In this document: positions 32,455-41,191 of the stretch, one piece after another | Layout of the letters: every line of letters begins with the position of its first letter | Position numbering within the stretch: the stretch's first letter is position 1 | Assembly: GCA_031393795.1 (NCBI GenBank) | Contig: JANMWE010000272.1 | Coordinates: forward strand, 1 to 43,772 | DNA length: 43,772 nucleotides | Direction of reading: 5' to 3' | Origin: Gemmatimonadota bacterium | GTDB taxonomy: Bacteria > Gemmatimonadota > Gemmatimonadetes > Gemmatimonadales > GWC2-71-9 | Program-made: the position numbers and the translations under genes | The notes under the pieces: model-generated | Told to the model about the DNA's origin: nothing | Database searches by the model: none | What the model saw: only the letters and a program-made list of their open reading frames with translations

Positions 32455-34005
32455 GTGAAGAAGTCGGTCGCCCTTCTGCTCCTCATCGCGTCGCCGCTGG
32501 CGGCGCAGCAGGAACCCAAGCCTGTCCGCGACGCCGCCGCGACCATCACGGCCGCCGACGTCGAGCGCCGCCTCTGGATCATCGCCAACGACTCGATGGG
32601 GGGCCGCGACACCCCGAGCGACGGACTCAACAAGACCGCCCAGTACGTCGCCGATGAGTTCCGGCGCTTTGGCCTGAGGCCGGGCGGCGAGAACGGGACC
32701 TATTTCCAGCGCTACACCATCGAGCGTCGCAAGTTCGACGCGACGGCGAGCCAGCTGACCATCCGGGGGGCCACGTCCAGCGTGTCCGCCGACTTCCAGC
32801 ACAACACGATGTTCGTCTACGGTGCGGTCCCGGCCGCGACGGTCGAAGGCGACGTGGTCGCGATCGGGACGGGGCTCACGCCGGACCAGCTCGAGCGGTC
32901 GGCCGTGCGGGGGAAGGTGGTGCTCCTCGTGGCCGACTATACACGGGCCCAGCCGGCGACGACGCGCGCCCTGATCGGCGTCCTGAGCGATGCGGGAGCG
33001 GTCGGGGTCATCCGGGTCTCCAACAGGGATTCCGGCCAGTTCCAGATGATGGCCACGCGGGCCGCCAACAATCCTCGCCTCGCGGTCGGGGGTCAGACCG
33101 TCTTCGCGCCGATCCTCGAAGTGCGTGACGGGCTGGTGGCGGGGCTCGGCCTCGACCTGGCCGCGATGCGGAACGGCGCCCCCCAGCTGCGCGCGGTGGC
33201 CGGCGCGCACATCGTGCTCGCGCTGAAGGAACAGGTCCTCGAGTCGACCACCGCGCCGAACACGATCGGGATCCTCGACGGGAGCGATCCGAGGCTCAAG
33301 AGCGAGTACATGATCTTCTCGGCCCACATGGACCACATCGGCACCGCCGGCCGCGGCTCGATGCAGTGCCAGGCGATCGGCGCCGACTCGATCTGCAATG
33401 GCGCCGATGACGACGGTTCCGGGACCACCGGCGTGCTCGAAGTGGCGGAGGCCTTCAGCCAGCGGGGCGTACGGCCGAAGCGCTCGATCATCTTCATGAC
33501 CGTGAGCGGCGAGGAGAAGGGGCTGTGGGGGAGCGCATACTGGGCCGAACATCCGACGGTGCCGGTGCAGGACGTCGTGGCCGACTTCAACGTCGACATG
33601 ATCGGGCGGAACTGGGAGGACACCGTCGTCGCCATCGGGCGCCAGCACTCCAACCTGGGCCAGGTCCTGGATGCCACCGCCGCACGGCACCCGGAGCTGG
33701 ACATGGTGCCGATCGACGACCGGTGGCCGAATGAGAACTTCTACAGCCGTTCGGACCACTTTAACTTCGCCCGGAAGGGGATCCCCGTCCTCTTCTTCTT
33801 CACCGGCGTGCACGATGACTATCACCGCGCCGGTGACGAGGTCCAGAAGATCGGGTTCGCCAAGGAGGCGCGGATCCTCCAGCTTCTCTTCTACACGAGC
33901 TACGCGGTGGCGCAGGATCCGGCCCGTCCGCAGTGGACCCCTGAGAGCTGGGACCGCATCGTGGAACCGGCGGCCAAGGCGCTCCGGACGGCCGCGGGTC
34001 GATAG
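32455..34005 (+). CDS. M28-family aminopeptidase with PA (protease-associated) insert, secreted
   Basis: The GTG at 32455 is preceded by GGGAG. Signal peptide KKSVALLLLIASPLAAQQ. M28 motifs present: FSAHMDHIG, NGADDDGSGT, SGEEKGLWGS and SDHFNFARKGIPVLFF. Confidence 0.85.
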   Translation: MKKSVALLLLIASPLAAQQEPKPVRDAAATITAADVERRLWIIANDSMGGRDTPSDGLNKTAQYVADEFRRFGLRPGGENGTYFQRYTIERRKFDATASQLTIRGATSSVSADFQHNTMFVYGAVPAATVEGDVVAIGTGLTPDQLERSAVRGKVVLLVADYTRAQPATTRALIGVLSDAGAVGVIRVSNRDSGQFQMMATRAANNPRLAVGGQTVFAPILEVRDGLVAGLGLDLAAMRNGAPQLRAVAGAHIVLALKEQVLESTTAPNTIGILDGSDPRLKSEYMIFSAHMDHIGTAGRGSMQCQAIGADSICNGADDDGSGTTGVLEVAEAFSQRGVRPKRSIIFMTVSGEEKGLWGSAYWAEHPTVPVQDVVADFNVDMIGRNWEDTVVAIGRQHSNLGQVLDATAARHPELDMVPIDDRWPNENFYSRSDHFNFARKGIPVLFFFTGVHDDYHRAGDEVQKIGFAKEARILQLLFYTSYAVAQDPARPQWTPESWDRIVEPAAKALRTAAGR

Positions 34006-34063
34006 TTGGGGGTCGGGCAGGCGCGCCCCGGCCCTTCGTCATTTCCCCGACCGCGGAGTCGTC

Positions 34064-35602
34064 ATGCGCAACCCTTCCCTCCTCCTGGTCGCCCTGCTCG
34101 GCGCGTGCGGCGGTGGATCGACGTCGATGGCGCCGACACCGGTCGCGCCGGGCGGGGCGACTTCGATCACTGCGACCGATGTGGCGCGCCGCATCGGGAT
34201 CATCGCCGACGACTCGATGCTCGGCCGCGCCACCCCCTCCCACGGGCTCGAGATGACGGCGGGATATGCCGCGGCCGAGTTCCGGCGCCTGGGGCTCCGT
34301 CCTGCCGGTGAGGGCGGGAGCTATCTCCAGCGCTATCCGCTGATCATTTCCCGGTTCGACCCGGCGAAGAGCTGGGTGCGCGCGACCGGCCGCGCGGCGG
34401 CGCAGTGGCAGGTGGGACCTGACCTCCCGCTTATGCAGGGGGAGCCGAGCGGCGACGTGACGGGAGCGGGCCTCGTCCTCTTGGTGGGGGACAGCTCCCA
34501 AGGCGTCATGATCCCTCCGGGAGCCGTGACCGGGAAGATCGTGGTCGTCGTCTTCGGCCCGGCGGTCGACGGGATCGCGGGTGCGCTGGTCCAGCAGAAG
34601 CCCGCGGGGGTGTTCCTCGTCGCTGCGATGCCGGATGGGATGTGGTCGAAGATGCCGGGGAAGACAGCGTCGATCCGGGTGGTGAACCCCGCCGAAGGAG
34701 GGCTGGCCATCCCGCCGGTGTTCGCCGTCCGGCGCGGGGCGTTCACGCCCTGGCTGGCGAGGGCGGGGGTGGATACCACGATGCTGGACGCCCACGGACC
34801 GATGCACATCGTCCCGGCGCCGGGCGTGGCCGTCGACTTCCACGTCGATCAGCAGCGCGTGTCGGACGAGTCGGCGCCGAACGTGATGGGGGTGCTCGAA
34901 GGGAGCGACCCGACCCTCAAGAACGAGTACGTCCTCTTCTCAGGGCACATGGATCACATCGGCACCCCCGGTTCGGGCGAGGGGTGCAGCGCCCTCGGCG
35001 GCGACTCCATCTGCAACGGTGCCGACGACGACGGCTCCGGGAGCGTCACCGTGCTCGAGTTGGCCGAGGCGTTCGCGACGGCGCCGGTCCGGCCGAAGCG
35101 GTCGGTGGCGTTCCTGCTGGTGAGCGGCGAGGAGCGCGGTCTCTGGGGGAGCGGGTACTGGGCGGGGCACCCGACGCTGCCGATCGCGAACGTCGTGGCC
35201 GACCTCAACATCGACATGGTGGGGCGGAACGCCCCGGACACCCTCTCCGTGATCGGCCGGGAGCATTCCGATCTCTCGGCCACGCTCGACCAGGTGGCGG
35301 CCCGGCACCCGGAGCTCGGGTTGCACGCGATGGGGGACCTCTGGCCGAGCGAGGGGCTCTATTTCCGGAGCGACCACTTCAACTTCGCGCGGAAGGGGAT
35401 CCCGATCCTTTTCTTCACCACCGGACTCCACCCGCAGTATCACGCCGTGACCGACGAGCCGTCGCTGATCGACAACGACAAGGCGGCGCGGATCGGGCGG
35501 CTGATCTATTACCTGGGCGAAACGATCGCGAACACGCCGGCGCGGCCGGCGTGGGACCCGGCGAGTCGGACGCGCATCGTCGAGTCCGCCCCGGCGCCGT
35601 AG
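34064..35602 (+). CDS. M28-family aminopeptidase with PA insert, lipoprotein (paralogue of 32455-34005)
   Basis: ATG at 34064. Lipobox LLGAC|GG. The M28 motifs are the same as in the paralogue (FSGHMDHIG, NGADDDGSGS, SGEERGLWGS, SDHFNFARKGIPILFF). Confidence 0.85.
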   Translation: MRNPSLLLVALLGACGGGSTSMAPTPVAPGGATSITATDVARRIGIIADDSMLGRATPSHGLEMTAGYAAAEFRRLGLRPAGEGGSYLQRYPLIISRFDPAKSWVRATGRAAAQWQVGPDLPLMQGEPSGDVTGAGLVLLVGDSSQGVMIPPGAVTGKIVVVVFGPAVDGIAGALVQQKPAGVFLVAAMPDGMWSKMPGKTASIRVVNPAEGGLAIPPVFAVRRGAFTPWLARAGVDTTMLDAHGPMHIVPAPGVAVDFHVDQQRVSDESAPNVMGVLEGSDPTLKNEYVLFSGHMDHIGTPGSGEGCSALGGDSICNGADDDGSGSVTVLELAEAFATAPVRPKRSVAFLLVSGEERGLWGSGYWAGHPTLPIANVVADLNIDMVGRNAPDTLSVIGREHSDLSATLDQVAARHPELGLHAMGDLWPSEGLYFRSDHFNFARKGIPILFFTTGLHPQYHAVTDEPSLIDNDKAARIGRLIYYLGETIANTPARPAWDPASRTRIVESAPAP

Positions 35603-35608
35603 ACGAAT

Positions 35609-35714
35609 GTGCGAAGTCCGAAGTCCGAAGTGCGAGGTGCGGGGTTATTGTTGGGGAGTTTCTCCCACACCCCGGACTTCGCACCTCGCACCTCGCACCT
35701 CGCACCTCGCACCC
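35609..35714 (+). repeat. HP6: heptad-built hairpin (GTSCGAR units) between the M28 and CMD genes; same family as HP10
   Basis: The left arm is GTGCGAA GTCCGAA GTCCGAA GTGCGAG GTGCGGG. The right arm is CCCCGGAC TTCGCAC CTCGCAC x4. The loop holds a small GGGGAG/CTCCC hairpin. Confidence 0.75.
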
Positions 35715-35723
35715 TGAAGGACC

Positions 35724-36077
35724 ATGACCCAGACCATCGACGAATGGAACGCCTTCCGCGCGAAGATGAACGACCGGATCTTCGCCGCCGGGAACCTGCC
35801 GATCAATCGCTTTTTCCGGCTCGACGGCCAGGCGTACGAGGCCGGGGCGCTCGGCGAGAAGACCAAGGAACTGATGGGACTCGTCGCATCGCTGGTGCTG
35901 CGGTGTGACGACTGCGTGACCTATCACATCCTCGAGGCCATCAAGCAGGAGGCGACCGACGAGGAGCTGCTCGAGACCTTCGCCATCGGGCTGATCGTCG
36001 GGGGGAGCATCGTGATCCCGCATCTCCGGCGGGCGATGGAGCGGGTGGACGAGGCGCGGGGGCGGGCTGGCGTGTAG
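35724..36077 (+). CDS. Carboxymuconolactone decarboxylase (AhpD-like) family protein
   Basis: 117 aa. AhpD-like helical fold signature with CxxC (LRCDDCVTYH). SD GAAGGA is present. Confidence 0.8.
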   Translation: MTQTIDEWNAFRAKMNDRIFAAGNLPINRFFRLDGQAYEAGALGEKTKELMGLVASLVLRCDDCVTYHILEAIKQEATDEELLETFAIGLIVGGSIVIPHLRRAMERVDEARGRAGV

Positions 36078-36078
36078 C

Positions 36079-36196
36079 TGCAGGGGCGCAGGGGCGCGCA
36101 GGCGCACTGGCGGCTGGGTCGGAGCGAAGACGGGACCGTCCCGAGTGACGCGAGGGACGGTCCCCCGCTGTTCCTGCGCCCACGCGCCTCTGCGCC
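36079..36196 (+). repeat. HP7: nested hairpin built from 8-nt units (GCAGGGGC / NNTGCGCC) around an inner GGGACCGTCCC/GGGACGGTCCC stem
   Basis: The outer arms are TGCAGGGGCGCAGGGGCGCGCAGGCGCA (36079-36106) and TGCGCCCACGCGCCTCTGCGCC (36175-36196). The inner stem is 36132-36142 / 36154-36164. Confidence 0.6.
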
Positions 36197-36204
36197 TATC
36201 CGCC

Positions 36205-36210
36205 TATATT
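36205..36210 (+). promoter_or_regulatory. -10-like TATATT box 7 nt upstream of the lepA ATG (candidate leaderless promoter)
   Basis: Reads TATATTTGCCCCCATG with no SD. Confidence 0.3.
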
Positions 36211-36217
36211 TGCCCCC

Positions 36218-38020
36218 ATGCGTCAGTCCCGTATCCGTAATTTCTGCATCGTTGCGCACATCGACCACGGCAAGTCCACGCTCGCCGACCGGCTCATCGA
36301 GATGACCGGCACGGTCGAGAAGCGCATCATGCGCGAGCAGATGCTCGACACGATGGACCTCGAGCGCGAGCGCGGGATCACCATCAAGCTCAATGCTGTC
36401 CGCATGCTCTACAAGGCGCTGGACGGCCACCAGTATGAGCTGAACCTGATCGACACCCCCGGCCACGTCGACTTCACCTACGAAGTGAGCCGCTCCCTTG
36501 CCGCGTGCGAAGGGGCGATCCTGGTGGTCGACGCCACCCAGGGGATCCAGGCCCAGACGCTCTCGAACCTCTTCCTGGCGATGGACGCGGGGCTCGAGAT
36601 CATCCCGGTGCTCAACAAGATCGACCTCCCCGGCGCCGAGCCGGAGAAGCGGGCCCTGGAGATCATCGACCTGATCGGCTCCACCCGCGCCGAGATCCTG
36701 TCGGTGAGCGCCAAGGAGGGGACCGGCGTCCCCGCGCTGCTCGAGGAGATCGTCAAGCGCGTCCCCACCCCGCGCGGCAGCCACGACGCGCCGCTCCGCG
36801 CCCTCATCTTCGACTCCTATTTCGACCGGTACCGGGGGGCGATCCCGAGCATTCGGGTGGTCGACGGTGTGCTCAAGCCGAAGATGAAGATCGCCTTCGG
36901 GGCCCACCCGGAGGACATCTACACCGTCGAGGAGGTCGGCTACCTCTCGATGGGGCAGAAACCCGCGACGAAGCTCGAGGCGGGCGAAGTGGGCTATGTC
37001 GTGGCCAACTGCCGGGGCGTGGGCGACACCCGGGCGGGCGATACGATCTTCGACGCCGACCACCGTGCCACGGAACTGCTGCCGGGCTACCGGAACGTCA
37101 TGCCCATGGTGTTCGCGGGGCTCTATCCCACGGACGCGGCCCAGTACGAACAGCTCCGGGATGCCCTGGAGAAACTCAAGCTCAATGACGCATCGCTCCA
37201 ATACGAGGCCGAGACCTCGACCGCCCTCGGCTTCGGCTTCCGGGCGGGGTTCCTTGGGCTGCTGCATATGGAGATCATCGTCGAGAGGCTGGAACGGGAG
37301 TTCGACCTCGACCTGATCGCGACGGTCCCGACGGTGGAGTACCATGTCTTCACCACCGCCGGAACGATGGAAAAGGTGGAGAACCCGTCACACCTCCCGG
37401 ACCCGGGCCACATCGAGCGGATCGACGAACCCTACGTCAAGAGCCGGATCATGGCGCCCGCGGAGTACATCGGGCCGATCATGAAGCTCGGCGGCGACCG
37501 CCGCGGCATCTACAACGGCATGAAGTACCTCGACACCGTACGGGTGGAGTTCGACTGGGAGTTCCCGCTGGGCGAGATCGTGCTCGACTTCTACGACAAG
37601 CTCAAGTCGGCCACGCGCGGCTATGCGTCGTTCGACTATGAGCATGCCGGGTATCGCACCAGCGACCTGGTGAAGCTCGACATGCTGATCAACAACGAGG
37701 CGCTCGACGCCTTCAGCGTGATCATCCACAAGGACAAGGCGTACGAGTACGGCCGGAAGGTGGCCGAGAAGTTGAAGGAGCTGATCCCGCGCCAGCTCTT
37801 CGTGGTGGCGATCCAGGCCGCCATCGGCCAGAAGGTCATCGCCCGCGAGACGATCAGCGCGCTCCGGAAGGACGTGCTCGCCAAGTGTTACGGCGGCGAC
37901 GTGAGCCGGAAGCGGAAGCTCCTGGAGAAGCAGAAGGAAGGAAAGAAGCGGATGAAGCAGATCGGGAGCGTGGAGATCCCGCAGGAGGCGTTCCTGGCGG
38001 TGCTGCAGGTGGACGACTGA
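36218..38020 (+). CDS. lepA: Elongation factor 4 (LepA)
   Basis: 600 aa. Contains [28 protein letters not shown] and NKIDLP, plus the LepA-specific C-terminal domain ([34 protein letters not shown]). Confidence 0.97.
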   Translation: MRQSRIRNFCIVAHIDHGKSTLADRLIEMTGTVEKRIMREQMLDTMDLERERGITIKLNAVRMLYKALDGHQYELNLIDTPGHVDFTYEVSRSLAACEGAILVVDATQGIQAQTLSNLFLAMDAGLEIIPVLNKIDLPGAEPEKRALEIIDLIGSTRAEILSVSAKEGTGVPALLEEIVKRVPTPRGSHDAPLRALIFDSYFDRYRGAIPSIRVVDGVLKPKMKIAFGAHPEDIYTVEEVGYLSMGQKPATKLEAGEVGYVVANCRGVGDTRAGDTIFDADHRATELLPGYRNVMPMVFAGLYPTDAAQYEQLRDALEKLKLNDASLQYEAETSTALGFGFRAGFLGLLHMEIIVERLEREFDLDLIATVPTVEYHVFTTAGTMEKVENPSHLPDPGHIERIDEPYVKSRIMAPAEYIGPIMKLGGDRRGIYNGMKYLDTVRVEFDWEFPLGEIVLDFYDKLKSATRGYASFDYEHAGYRTSDLVKLDMLINNEALDAFSVIIHKDKAYEYGRKVAEKLKELIPRQLFVVAIQAAIGQKVIARETISALRKDVLAKCYGGDVSRKRKLLEKQKEGKKRMKQIGSVEIPQEAFLAVLQVDD

Positions 38021-38028
38021 AAGCGAAC

Positions 38029-38099
38029 AGGCGCTCGAGGCGCTCAAGGCGCTCGGGTGCTGCGACACTACTTGAGCGTCTTGAGCGTCTGGAGCGCCT
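38029..38099 (+). repeat. HP8: hairpin built from 9-nt units (AGGCGCTCR x3 / CTTGAGCGT-type x3) between lepA and the heptosyltransferase gene
   Basis: 29-nt arms give 24 Watson-Crick pairs, 4 G-U pairs and 1 mismatch on the + strand RNA. The 4 G-U positions would be C-A on the - strand RNA. The right arm contains the GGAG 5 nt upstream of the TTG start at 38100. Confidence 0.75.
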
Positions 38100-39110
38100 T
38101 TGAACTCCACACTCGTGATCCAGACCGCCTTCCTCGGCGACGTGGTCCTCACGATCCCGTTGCTGCAGGCCCTGGCCGAACGCCACGGCCCGGTGGACGT
38201 CGTCACCACTCCGGCGGCAGCGAGCCTGATCGAGACCCACCCCGCGGTGCGGCGGGTGGTGCAGTGGGATAAGAACGGAACGAACGGGCCTGGGGCCTGG
38301 GGCCTGGGGAGGCAGCTCAGGTCTCAGGGGTACACCCGCGTATACCTGCCTCACCGATCGTTCCGGTCGGCGCTGATCGCCAGGCTCACCGGCGCGCCGG
38401 AGCGGGTCGGCTTCGCCGACGCCCCCCTCCCCGCCCGCTTCCTCTATACCCGCACCCACCCGCGCCGAACCGACCAGCACGAGAGTGTCCGGCTCCTGGC
38501 CCTCCTCGGCGATACGGTGGCGGGCGGCGATTGGCGGATGGTCACCACGCCCGAGGACGACGCGAAGGCCACGAGCTGGCTCCGCGAGCGGGGTGTGGCC
38601 GACGGCTTCGTGGCCCTCGCGCCAGGGTCGATCTGGGGCACGAAGAAGTGGCCATACTACTCGGAGCTCTCGGCCCGGCTCGGTCGTCAGGTCGTGGTGA
38701 TCGGCGGGAAGGAAGACGCGACCCTCGGCGATGCGATCGTGGCCGCGGCCCCGGACCAGGCGAAGAGCGCGGTGGGTCAACTGACGCTCCGAGAGAGCGC
38801 GGCACTCCTCAAGCACGCCGCGCTCCTCGTGACCAACGACTCGGCCCCGCTCCACCTCGCCACTGCCGTGGGGACGCCGATCCTGGCGATCTTCGGGCCG
38901 ACGGTCCCGGCGTTCGGTTATGGCCCAATCCGCCCCGGTGATCGGGTGGCCGAGATCGTGCTCGATTGCCGCCCCTGCTCTTCCCACGGTCCACAGGTCT
39001 GTCCGCTCGGTCATCATCGGTGCATGAAGGCCCAGTCGGCCGATGACGTGGCGAAGGTCGCGGCCTCGATGCTGGATCGGGATACTCCACGGAGGGACGG
39101 AGGGGACTGA
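38100..39110 (+). CDS. GT9-family ADP-heptose:LPS heptosyltransferase (WaaF/WaaC-like)
   Basis: 336 aa. The N-terminus is LVIQTAFLGDVVLTIPLL. Also has GSIWGTKKWP and NDSAPLHLATAVGTPILAIFGPT. The TTG start is tentative. Confidence 0.85.
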   Translation: MNSTLVIQTAFLGDVVLTIPLLQALAERHGPVDVVTTPAAASLIETHPAVRRVVQWDKNGTNGPGAWGLGRQLRSQGYTRVYLPHRSFRSALIARLTGAPERVGFADAPLPARFLYTRTHPRRTDQHESVRLLALLGDTVAGGDWRMVTTPEDDAKATSWLRERGVADGFVALAPGSIWGTKKWPYYSELSARLGRQVVVIGGKEDATLGDAIVAAAPDQAKSAVGQLTLRESAALLKHAALLVTNDSAPLHLATAVGTPILAIFGPTVPAFGYGPIRPGDRVAEIVLDCRPCSSHGPQVCPLGHHRCMKAQSADDVAKVAASMLDRDTPRRDGGD

Positions 39111-39168
39111 GGTACGGAGAAAGCCGTTATGTTTGTTCGGTCACTCAGTTCCCTCCGTCCCTCAGTGG
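39087..39168 (+). repeat. HP9: hairpin (GGAGGGAC-type units) overlapping the 3' end of the heptosyltransferase gene
   Basis: The 20-bp stem pairs GAGGGACGGAGGGGACTGAG (39092-39111) with CTCAGTTCCCTCCGTCCCTC (39144-39163). The single mismatch is a G-U pair on the + strand RNA. An outer CCAC/GTGG extension is present. Confidence 0.75.
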
Positions 39169-39213
39169 CGATCCCCGATCTCCCCGCACGCGCGACCTGA
39201 CGAGGCCATTGCG

Positions 39214-40197
39214 TTGAACCACATCGTTGGCATCGACCTGGGCGGGACCAACATCGCCGTGGGCTGCGTCTCGGAGGACGGGACCAAGGTCCGCGGCCTG
39301 GTGAGCGAGCCCACGCGCTCCGACCTGGGCCCCGACGGCGTGGTGCAGCGGATGGTGCAGACGGCGGAACGGTCGATGCAGATGCTGCAGGCCGAGGAGA
39401 AGGGCGCCCAGGTGGTCGGCGTCGGCATCGGCGCGCCCGGCCCGCTCGATTTCCATCGCGGTGTCGTCCTGCTCGCGCCGAACCTGGGGTGGACGGACAT
39501 GCCGCTCCGCGACCGGATCTCCGCGGGGCTCAAGCGGCCTGCCGCGCTCGACAACGACGCCAACTGCGCCGCCCTCGGCGAATGGTGGCAGGGCGCCGCG
39601 AAGGGGACCTCGCACGCGCTCGCCGTCACCATCGGGACGGGGATCGGTGGCGGAGTGATCCTCAACGGCAAGATCTACCACGGCGCCTCCGACTGCGCGG
39701 GCGAGCTGGGACACACCACCATCGACATGGATGGTCGGCGCTGCGCCTGCGGCAACTACGGCTGCCTCGAGGCGTACGCGTCGGGGCCCGCCATCGCCCT
39801 CCGGGCCGCGGAGGCGCTGAGCTCGGGGTATGAGTCATCACTCCGCACCCGGGTGAAGGGCGATCTCTCGAAGATCACCGCGCAGACCGTGTACGACGCG
39901 GCGGCCGAGGGGGACGAGCTCGCGCTCGAGGTCGTGCGCGACACTGCGAGCTACCTCGGCGCCGGGATCGCGAACTTCCTGAACATCTTCAATCCCGAGG
40001 TCGTGGTCGTCTGCGGTGGGGTGACCGCCGCGGGCGAGCGGCTCTTCGGCCCGATGCAGCGCGAGGTGGCGCGGCGGGCGTTCAAGCCGGCGGTGGCGGC
40101 ATGCCGGATCGTGCCGGGGATGTTGCCGGGCACCGCCGGTGTGATCGGGGCGGCGCGGACCTACCTCGACCAGAAGGCGGAGGGGCTCGTTGCCTAA
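39214..40197 (+). CDS. glk: ROK-family glucokinase
   Basis: The N-terminus is GIDLGGTNIAVG. The ROK zinc motif CACGNYGCLEAYASG is present. The TTG start at 39214 is tentative. The track start at 39043 overlaps the previous gene and is rejected. Confidence 0.85.
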   Translation: MNHIVGIDLGGTNIAVGCVSEDGTKVRGLVSEPTRSDLGPDGVVQRMVQTAERSMQMLQAEEKGAQVVGVGIGAPGPLDFHRGVVLLAPNLGWTDMPLRDRISAGLKRPAALDNDANCAALGEWWQGAAKGTSHALAVTIGTGIGGGVILNGKIYHGASDCAGELGHTTIDMDGRRCACGNYGCLEAYASGPAIALRAAEALSSGYESSLRTRVKGDLSKITAQTVYDAAAEGDELALEVVRDTASYLGAGIANFLNIFNPEVVVVCGGVTAAGERLFGPMQREVARRAFKPAVAACRIVPGMLPGTAGVIGAARTYLDQKAEGLVA

Positions 40198-41191
40198 GAT
40201 CGGCGTCCTCGGCGCCCTCGTGTGGGACGTGATCCACGGCCGCGACCCGGCGCAGGGGGTCGTGGAGGAGTGGGGCGGGATCGCCTACTCGCTCGCGGCG
40301 ATGGACGCGGCGCTGCCCGAGGATTGGGAGATCGTCCCCCTCATCAAGGTGGGACACGACCGGGCGCGGCAGGCGGCGGAGTTCGCGTGCACGCTCGATC
40401 ACTTCCCGGCCCACGCCCGCTTCATCGAAGTGCCGGTGGCCAACAACATGGTGGAGCTCCGCTACCAGTCGGCCGAGCGGCGCTGCGAGCGGATGGCGGG
40501 GGGGGTGCCAGGGTGGAACTGGGCCGAGCTCGGGCCGATGGTGCAGGACCTCGACGCGCTGTACGTGAACTTCATCAGCGGGTTCGAGATGTGCCGCTGG
40601 ACCGCGAAGAACCTGCGCCAGGGGTTCCACGGCCCGATCTATGCCGACCTCCATTCCCTCTTCCTCGGGATGCGGGGCGACGGCGTGCGCACGCTGCAGC
40701 CCCTCGCTGACATCGGCGAGTGGTTCTCCTGCTTCGATACGGTGCAGCTCAACGAAGAAGAGATGCGGACCCTGGGCGATGACCCGATGGCGCTCTCGGC
40801 CGAGATGTTGCGCGCCGGGGTCACCCTGCTCAACGTCACGCTCGGTGCCAAGGGGGTGGCCTACATCCACGCTCCCGGCAATGAGGTCCGAAGTCCGAGG
40901 TCCAAGGTCCGAGGTGCAGAGACGCAGGCACCCGGGCGACCCGCACTTCGCACTTCGGACTTCGGACATTCCACGATCCGAAGCGCACGCATCGCCCCGC
41001 CTCCCGTCGAGGCCACCGACACCACCGGCTGCGGCGACGTCTTCGGCGCCACTTGTGCGGCGCGGCTCGCGGCCGGGGACAGCGTGGAGGAGGCGCTCCA
41101 ACGCGCCAACCAGGCCGCGGCGCGGAGTGCGACCCATCGCGGGGCCACCAGCCTGGCCGCGTATCTCAAAGGTGGATTGGTGACGGCGTGA
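40190..41191 (+). CDS. PfkB-family carbohydrate kinase carrying an in-frame repeat-derived insertion
   Basis: The TTG at 40190 is preceded by GGCGGAGGGG and overlaps the glk stop. The PfkB signature DTTGCGDVFGA lies near the C-terminus. About 35 residues (NEVRSPRSKVRGAETQAPGRPALRTSDFGHSTIRSA) between TLGAKGVAYIHAPG and RIAPPPVEATDTTG are encoded by HP10. Confidence 0.8.
   Translation: MPKIGVLGALVWDVIHGRDPAQGVVEEWGGIAYSLAAMDAALPEDWEIVPLIKVGHDRARQAAEFACTLDHFPAHARFIEVPVANNMVELRYQSAERRCERMAGGVPGWNWAELGPMVQDLDALYVNFISGFEMCRWTAKNLRQGFHGPIYADLHSLFLGMRGDGVRTLQPLADIGEWFSCFDTVQLNEEEMRTLGDDPMALSAEMLRAGVTLLNVTLGAKGVAYIHAPGNEVRSPRSKVRGAETQAPGRPALRTSDFGHSTIRSARIAPPPVEATDTTGCGDVFGATCAARLAAGDSVEEALQRANQAAARSATHRGATSLAAYLKGGLVTA
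40883..40967. repeat. HP10: heptad-built hairpin (GAGGTCC/GAAGTCC units and complement) inside the PfkB CDS
   Basis: The left arm is GAGGTCC GAAGTCC GAGGTCC AAGGTCC GAGGTGC. The right arm is GCACTTC GCACTTC GGACTTC GGAC. The reverse complement of 40939-40967 matches 35616-35644 of HP6 at 27 of 29 positions. Confidence 0.8.
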
